Part shown: positions 57,701 to 64,000 of the stretch, piece by piece
Numbering within the stretch: the first letter of the stretch is position 1
Layout of the letters: the number at the start of each line of letters is the position of its first letter
Source: Stylophora pistillata
Lineage: Eukaryota
NCBI RefSeq assembly: GCF_002571385.2
Contig: NW_019217831.1
Location: forward strand, 203,172-267,171
Length of the DNA stretch: 64,000 nt
Direction of reading: 5' to 3'
The notes under the pieces: generated by a model
What the model was told of the DNA's origin: nothing
Database searches by the model: none
Seen by the model: only the letters and a program-made list of their open reading frames with translations
Made by a program: the position numbers and the translations under genes

Positions 57701-60103
57701 GCTGTAGAAAATTATTAGGCCAGAGATAATTTACTTGATACAAACTGTTCTTTGGTGTCAGAAATTTAAATATTTTTGATTATGAGAAGATCAAAATCAA
57801 ATCTCAAGAATAAATGCCACTCAGAAGATGCAGTAAATTGGCATTTTGAGGTTTTACCAATGTTTAAAAGCCCTCCTTGGCTAATTAAGTGAATCCTGTG
57901 GTTTATTTGCTTTTAGCTTGGTTTTATTTCTTAGCAGGGGATATAGTGAGTTGTGGTAGCTTGTGAGGCTTAAAACAGATGTCTTAGAACCTTTGTTTTT
58001 CTTATATTGGTTTATCAGTGCTTTGCTGATCTTGCTTTTATTCTGTCCCAAGAGTGGCATTTTCATGTGACAAAACTGTGGCATTTTGGTGTTCTATGTG
58101 TAGCTTGGGAATGGTTAACCTAAGGCTGTACAATTTTAACACTGCATGACCAACCCTTTTTAGCTGGGGCTTTAATTTATTTTTGTTTGTCATGCATAAA
58201 ATGTCATGTTTGGAGTTTTTAAATCAAAATGGAGTAGGATAGATTGTGGCTTGGTAACTGATGTTGTCATTGGCTTTTATTTATAATTCCTGTGGGTCAA
58301 GCTTGATTGATTAGGATATTGCTTCTTTGAATATGAGGAAATCTGTTTTGGTTTTACAATGACAATGATTTTAATTTGTGCTTTGTGAGATCAATTTCGA
58401 TGTTACCTGTGGCCTCAGCGGTTTCAATACCAAGTCTAATTTCCTTTTTTACCTCAAACCCCAGGATATTATTATCTGATCTGTCAGGATCTTGCTTCTA
58501 TCCTTTGAGAATGCCGTTTATTAAACTCAATCAGCACAGAGAGATTGTCAACAAAGGACAAAAATTTGCAATTTTTCAAACACAGACAGAGCTCATTAAA
58601 AATTTATTGGCCCTAGTCTGTGATCAGACAGCTAGTCTGCAATGCAGAACAACACAGATTATTTATGGTGATTTTAGTGTGAAGAGGTTTAGGAAGCTGG
58701 AAGATTGTTGCTTCAAGGATAGAAGTGCACAATATTTACGTACCAGTTGGTTAGTAAGCAGTTAAAACCTTCTGTTTTCTTGTCAACTTATATTTAATGA
58801 TTCTCACACTAAAGTTTAAACATAAGGATATCATAGGGAGGGCTGTGTTCAACCAGACTTGAGCTCTGTAACAAGATCTTTGCTCCTAAGAGATTAACTT
58901 TGATCTACAAACCTAACAGGTGTTCGAAGTATTGCATGTGGAAAAAAACTCTAACTTGAAAACTGGTAAAATTTTTGCAGCAATTTTGCAGTTTAATTTT
59001 GTTCTCTGCATGAGCCATACTTTGAGGTTATATGATTGTTACTGGTGCTAAATATTTTTTAAAGTATATTCTGCCTTCAAACCAAGCTCTCTTTTATTTT
59101 TACAAATCACACCTATTAAACCTCATGGCTGTGTAGTTAGGGGAGTTTTTGTTTACTGGGTTGAAGTGAATTAAAATTTTGTGCAAAACCATGGTAACTT
59201 AACTGTTACATCCTGTTTGCCTTAAAGTGGAAGTAGATTTACGATGCTAACCAAATGTTCATGGACTCTTTATGTTAGAATAAAATAAGAAAAATATTTT
59301 TCTTTTTATGGCTACTGCAATTTTTTTTTTAAACATCCAACAGTTGTAGTGATTACAACATCAAAGGTTTTGCACTAAAATGCAGTAGAGTAACAACTTT
59401 AAATTAAATTTTCTTGACGGGAAATTGGTCAGGTGTGATACAGAATTATGTCTTGGGAAAAAAGAGAGGCTCTTTAAGGGCTAATTCTGCTTACTCAGTC
59501 ATTCATTTAGAAATGTAAATTTTATGGCAATATTTGGCTTTTTATTGGTGCTTCAATTTACCAACAGCTGCACTCATAACATTTTTAAACTGGTTAGCTT
59601 TCAGTTTGATCAGTGGTATAGTACTTTTGGACATTTCTGACATGATTTGACAAGTAGATGAGGCCATTTCATTCTGAAATTAAGTTCCTTAACTAGCCAG
59701 CTGATTTTTTTTTGTGTGTGTTCCGGATTTATAATTCCACTGAGAAATCAGTTTTTTGCTTTTTATTGCTTTCTTCCAGTTGGTCTTGTGTGTGCAGAGC
59801 AAAATGGCTCTGCTATCACAGACATAAGTGCAATATTGAAATATTATTACCACAAGGATTGGAAATTAGATTGGTTGGAGCTCATCAAGTATTATATTGA
59901 AACTGTCACTGTGGACAAATCATCCTGATGCAAAATCCAATATTCCAGCGGTGGTTTTTTCTGCCAATTTTGTCTTTCAGATGCTGGTATGGATAAGGGA
60001 GAATCATCAGGAGTTTTTACTGAATTATGCCGAAATTGGAAATGATACAACCTCTGCAGACGAACTTCAAGAGGAGCATCGAAATTTCCAGGCCAGTTGT
60101 ATG
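36723..60103 (+). CDS. TRIO: Trio/Kalirin-family RhoGEF; first 8 coding exons (360 codons; SEC14/CRAL-TRIO plus spectrin repeats), 3'-incomplete
   Basis: Joined exons give GGRDRRGGPIITFPARS, VLDMRGCTWPSVKPMLKALQECF, KPDGFWERSRLSFGSSKLLFET, SLEGLTKFIDLDQLT, IIKAPVELLQQEG and LRLDQCFQYRVFQQDAEKM, colinear with the Trio/Kalirin N-terminus; all phases compatible. Confidence 0.9.
36954..37025 (+). CDS. TRIO: Trio exon
   Basis: (E)GRWEGLRARDFLDLLQQRIAIFY(G), matching the MKAMDVLPILKEKVAYLSG-type segment. Confidence 0.85.
37426..37540 (+). CDS. TRIO: Trio exon (SEC14)
   Basis: GRDRRGGPIITFPARSRAAEIERRSLARVLAYLASLP. Confidence 0.93.
40845..41829. other. Assembly gap (N run)
   Basis: 985 N in a Trio intron. 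Confidence 0.99.
42365..42455 (+). CDS. TRIO: Trio exon (SEC14)
   Basis: DHERELGFSLVLDMRGCTWPSVKPMLKALQ. Confidence 0.92.
42503..42713 (+). mobile_element. MITE with TIRs (Harbinger-like ends), CpG-decayed
   Basis: GCTGGTGACACACTTGG / CCAAGTGTGTCACTGGC. Confidence 0.68.
43264..43844 (+). mobile_element. Non-autonomous terminal-hairpin element (type C), CpG-rich
   Basis: 5' IR TTAGAACATAGC (43268) pairs with GCTATGTTCTAA (43638); about 195-bp hairpin at 43647-43841; apex TCGGCTATCGCCTCG. Confidence 0.75.
44782..44883 (+). CDS. TRIO: Trio exon (SEC14)
   Basis: ECFIAKIHTVYLLKPDGFWERSRLSFGSSKLLFE. Confidence 0.93.
50017..50355 (-). mobile_element. tRNA-headed SINE (Nin/Deu-domain-like body)
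   Basis: Minus strand has A box TAGCTCAATGG and B box GTTCGAGCC, body CACTCAAGGTCTTAAAATAA...CTTCTCGGATAGGGACG...GTCCCGTCTCC, and an A-rich tail. Confidence 0.75.
50079..50099. other. Assembly gap (N run)
   Basis: 21 N inside the SINE. Confidence 0.99.
52180..52474 (+). mobile_element. Non-autonomous terminal-hairpin element (type D)
   Basis: Perfect 20-bp IR TAGTATAATTTCAGAGCTGA (52180) / TCAGCTCTGAAATTATACTA (52345); hairpin 52363-52472. Confidence 0.72.
52478..52655. repeat. Decayed palindromic repeat adjacent to type D
   Basis: ATGGTAATGGAA...TCTGTTATTGTACTAG pairs imperfectly with CTAGTATGATTACAGA...TTCCTGTTACCAAT. Confidence 0.5.
52665..52842 (-). mobile_element. hAT-like MITE (CAGG...CCTG-type ends)
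   Basis: Reverse complement of 53963-54148; flanked by GTTAAC on both sides. Confidence 0.7.
53654..53767 (+). CDS. TRIO: Trio exon (end of SEC14)
   Basis: TALTSLEGLTKFIDLDQLTSDLGGTFKYDHSKWINMRM. Confidence 0.93.
53963..54148 (+). mobile_element. hAT-like MITE
   Basis: CAGGGCTTGACA...TGTCGAGCCCTG TIRs with internal ACTAGCCA repeats. Confidence 0.72.
55187..55582 (+). CDS. TRIO: Trio exon (spectrin repeat)
   Basis: ALEKFLYEASSLLAKLEEIQ...KAPVELLQQEG...LWNLRKLRLDQCFQYRVFQQDAEK. Confidence 0.94.
59981..60103 (+). CDS. TRIO: Trio exon (spectrin repeat)
   Basis: MLVWIRENHQEFLLNYAEIGNDTTSADELQEEHRNFQASCM. Confidence 0.93.
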
Positions 60104-62708
60104 GTAAGTCAAGTCTAAAGTTCTAACTAGAGGCAAAGTAATATTATCTTCAAGCAATTTAGTTGCATTTATGTTCAAAATAAGTCTGTAAAGATATTTG
60201 TATCTTATATTTCAAGAGCTTGTCTGTTTTGTAGTTGTTATAAGTGTTCAAAAAATTTTGTTGTAAGAGACCTTTAAAGGTATACCACTGTTATTCATAT
60301 TTTTAACTACTGGTGTTTCATGGCTCTTGAAATTTAAAAGTTCAAATCGGATATTCCTACACATTCAAGAACATGTTTATAATTACATATAAATAATATA
60401 AGGAAATCTTAGATCATCTCTCTTGTAATCTTATTATGTTGTAGTTATAGACTTACATTCCATGGTTAGTTTAGTCTGTTCATTTTGTTTTCCAAGTTGT
60501 ATTTTTATCTGTGAATCATAATTAATTTGTAGTGAATGTCAGGTATGGCATTTCAAGTGCTGCACCCAATTTAAATGTTTTCTCATTTTTCTTTTTTTGA
60601 AAAGTAGTGTGGTATTGTTTTTGCACTTGAGTGCAATATTTTTATGTTTCTAATTCAAAATTTTCTGTGGTTATTTCCTGTTTTACTAAGACAGGCAAAG
60701 CATTTTAAAGTAAACTTCCTTTGATTGGCTCAAATTGTGCCACGACAATGGAAAAATATGCTATTTTGAGTTTGCATGATGGAGGCCTACACTCCTATGA
60801 CATAATATTGTAACTATGCATAATTATATTCAAATACAATCTTCTAAGCTTTTTTTTAATCATTAAAATGTAATCAAAATTTAATTCAGGTACAAGAGGC
60901 TAGGCCTATATAAACCTCTTTTGACTTCATTTATTGCCTGAAAGTAGCTGTGAAACCCATGGAAGAGGAAAAAAATGTTTTTCAGATGCAATATTTGTGG
61001 AAGGAAAAGCAATACTGTTCAACTTGACATTCATATTTATAGCTACTTTGATGAATTTAACAACAGGAATGTAAATATTTAAAAGAAGCAGGCTTGTGTA
61101 GCTTTGTTTTTAATTCTTGCATAATTATTTAAAGACTATAATTTATATTATAATGTAATTTTGCAGAGTTTTTTTATTTTTTTTACATGTTTTGGTTTCA
61201 TTTCTGGTACCTGTTGGATCAGTCTCAGAAATAAACCCAGCAGTGCCAATATAACATCTCAGTTATAAGCATTTTAAGTGAAATTGTTAAGTTAATTATT
61301 TACAAGATAACATCAGATGAAATCTATCTGATAAGCCAAGGTTTATGGTTGAAGGATGCTGTCATTTTTATCAAGTGAGAAGACCCTAAATCCAGTATCA
61401 TTTCAAGGTACCGGTACTTAATGGTTAAGTTACATGTATGTTGTAGAGTTACACTGCATGTCTTGTAAAATTATGGTTGAAAGTTTAACTTCAACTTGCA
61501 GTTAGCCAAAGCTAAAATTAAGGCAGGCACCACACCTGCAAAGATCTTGTCGCAGCAAGATAAAAAGTTTGCTCAAAAGTCCTAATTATGAAATTGATTT
61601 TGATGATAGTTCCAAGGATTTCATAATGGTGTTGTGGTCTCTAGATACTGGACTTTGACCCCAATAGTTACATACTTGAGACATAGTTGAAACTGGAAAA
61701 ATTCAAATTTGTTACTCAGGTATACATTTACTCTTATTTGGATTCTTTTAATTAATGACTCCAAAATGACAACGCTTAAAAATTCTAAAAATGTTATTTA
61801 TGGACTAGGAAGGTGTTGTCAAGGACACCAACCTTTAGTATATGTGCTCAAAAACTGTTTTTGCTTTCAAAATGAAGCAGTATTGCAGACCATGCAAGTG
61901 AACAACATTTTACTTATTAGACCAAGTTTTTTTCCTGGTATAATTATGGCCACAAATGATACTTCTCACAACACATTGCATTAAAGTCGTTCAACTCAAA
62001 TTAATTCAGCCATTTCCTCTGAGCTAGTTCTGTCAATTTATAGTTTTTATCAGGATAGGTACCAGTAATATGTATTCCTTTTTTGAGATAATCTTCTTCA
62101 CTGCTTGAATGTTCTCAAATGAAATTAGAATTTATAATGCACTGATAGCTTAGTTTTTGTTTTTAGTTATCACTTGTCAGCTGGGTAATGAATGCTATAT
62201 GCTGCAAACAGGTGCCTCTTGTATTTCAGCTCAGTGTCTTGGCACACAGTGGGTGTTTGGGCACAGTTGTTCATAGGTATATTTAGTTGTTAGCAGGATC
62301 CAACCTTTAAACTAACTCCAAACCTTTGTATCTGGTTAGGCTCCTTCTGTTCATTAGTTTGTTTGCATTTTTGTGGAAGGAATGTTATTCTCACATTGTC
62401 TAATTAATAAAAATCAGCTGTGAAACTGACTTGATGCAGTTAGGAGAGGAAAGCGATCCCTTTAGCTCTTCCACTTCACTGTGTAGCGAGAATTAAACCC
62501 TTTATTTGTTTATGTCACACACCACAATCACCCACAGGGGTTTCAGTAACCTTTTCAATAAGCAGATGCAGATAGTGTTACAGGGGTTGTCCCGGAAAAG
62601 GGGCTGAAAGCTGTAAGGTGAAATCTAAACACAAGAGCCTGCTGGCAAGCGAAAGAGGTATCAGTTAGAGATATTGGCTGCAGTAGATCACTAGTAACTG
62701 ACTTTTAC

Positions 62709-62775
62709 TGAAACCCTTACACCTTGAAATCCTTGCACCTTGAAATCCTTTCACCTTGAAATCCTTGCACCTTGA
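62709..62775. repeat. 16-bp tandem repeat, about 4 copies
   Basis: CACCTTGAAATCCTT(G/T). Confidence 0.85.
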
Positions 62776-64000
62776 GACCCAGGTTTACAAACTTCCACAT
62801 TGTTCATTTTCGAGTGTTCCCTCACCTACACATAAATGATCAAATTTTAACTTTCTTGGGCAACTACATAACTGTTTATTTTTTTCAGGCAAAGAATGCT
62901 CAGCCAATGAAAGAAGGCTTAATTTTTCTCTTTCAAATTATTACAAAAATTTTAATTATTAAAAATTATTAAAAACCTGTCAAAAAATTGAGGTTCCATT
63001 TTATTTGTTTTAAAATTTTTTAACGCTCTCCTCCTTTATGATGAAAAGTAATTTCTAAAAAAGGGGAAAAGTGTGAAGTGGAGTTTGTAATTTTAATTTA
63101 CTTTCAGCAACATAACATGTGCTTGTAAATATTAGAACCTACAATGTGTGAAGAGTATTTGAATTTAGTTTTATGGAGGCAGATGCAACTTAAAAATAAC
63201 AGAGACTTTTTGCATATTTCCATCCATGGAGACCCAAAAAATAATTGGATGAGAGGAAAATACAACAGCAGTCTCATTTCAAGGCCAAAGTTTAGTTGAA
63301 TCCCCAACCTGTAAAGTAAACTTTCAAGTCAAACCAAAACCATTGTTGTAGTAATTTCTTGCTATCTTATAATTTGCTTCAGGGTCTCCGAGGGTAATAT
63401 TTCTCTGGGGTGAAAAAAAAAATTAAAAAAAGATTTCAAGGGAGAGATGGGAAAAAAGAATAATTTTGAACCTGACAGAAAATGGAGGTTTTGAAGAAAA
63501 ATTAGATCTGATGAATTGTCAACAAATTGAAATAAATTAATAAGTTTGAGCTTACTCATATCTATTTCCTTCAATTGTGATAGGAGACCTTGCATAAACT
63601 AAGGCAAACAGTTTTTAGCATTAAAATTAAGGAAGAGTTTGAGATTGTTTTGCCCATCATAGTTAAATCCAGAGTGCTTAAAAGATGGTGCATCTCAAGT
63701 CGTGTTTAAAACTTTTCAAAATAACAAGCTGGCCTTTGATACTGTCTGCTTTTATGAAGAGTTCGGTATGTTTTCATTTTCTTCAAAGATGCAATAAAAT
63801 TTGACAGATTAATTTATGATTCCTTTTTGACATGATGAGGCCCTTACTTCCTGTGATCAGAAGTTTTTTAATTACTTTTGCAAATTTACTCTGGCATATG
63901 ATAACATTTGTTTGCTATGAAAGCAAATTCTGCTTAAAGAAAGAGAGTAAATAAAACACATTCTGTGGTGTACATAATTATGGCTGTACTTCATGGTGAG

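Noticed and set aside
36723-60103. SESTD1 or MCF2L instead of Trio
   Set aside because: GGPIITFPARS, KPDxFW..R..FGSSK and IKAPVE..EG fit Trio/Kalirin better. The GEF domains lie outside the window, so this is not fully excluded.
45000-64000. Numerous 60-130 aa ORFs in Trio introns
   Set aside because: AT-rich, low-complexity translations with non-ATG starts, no motifs and no consistent splice structure.

Overview
Intron-rich animal genomic DNA with two assembly gaps. The repeat content resembles a stony coral or other anthozoan, which is my inference. (1) 221-20798 (+): the last 35 exons (about 1263 codons, all GT-AG, frame continuous) of a CPS1-family carbamoyl-phosphate synthetase. It keeps the glutaminase Cys/His/Glu triad and the N-acetylglutamate (NAG) pocket residues, so it is CPS III type. 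A young 5'-truncated L2/Crack-type LINE with an intact RT frame lies in the intron before the penultimate exon. (2) About 21-36.5 kb: no recognisable protein gene, only repeats and a second, decayed LINE 3' end. (3) 36723 to beyond 60103 (+): the first 8 coding exons (SEC14 domain plus spectrin repeats) of a Trio/Kalirin RhoGEF in long CpG-depleted introns. The most interesting non-coding signals are: five Penelope-type fold-back elements carrying minimal hammerhead-ribozyme cores, three with long target-site duplications; four sequence-unrelated elements sharing one terminal-hairpin architecture and loop motif; an intronic array of four perfect CRE sites; duplicated splice acceptors in CPS introns; and an inverted MITE pair around an in-frame Trio exon. 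Coordinates were read by eye. Repeat family names are from memory and were not searched.
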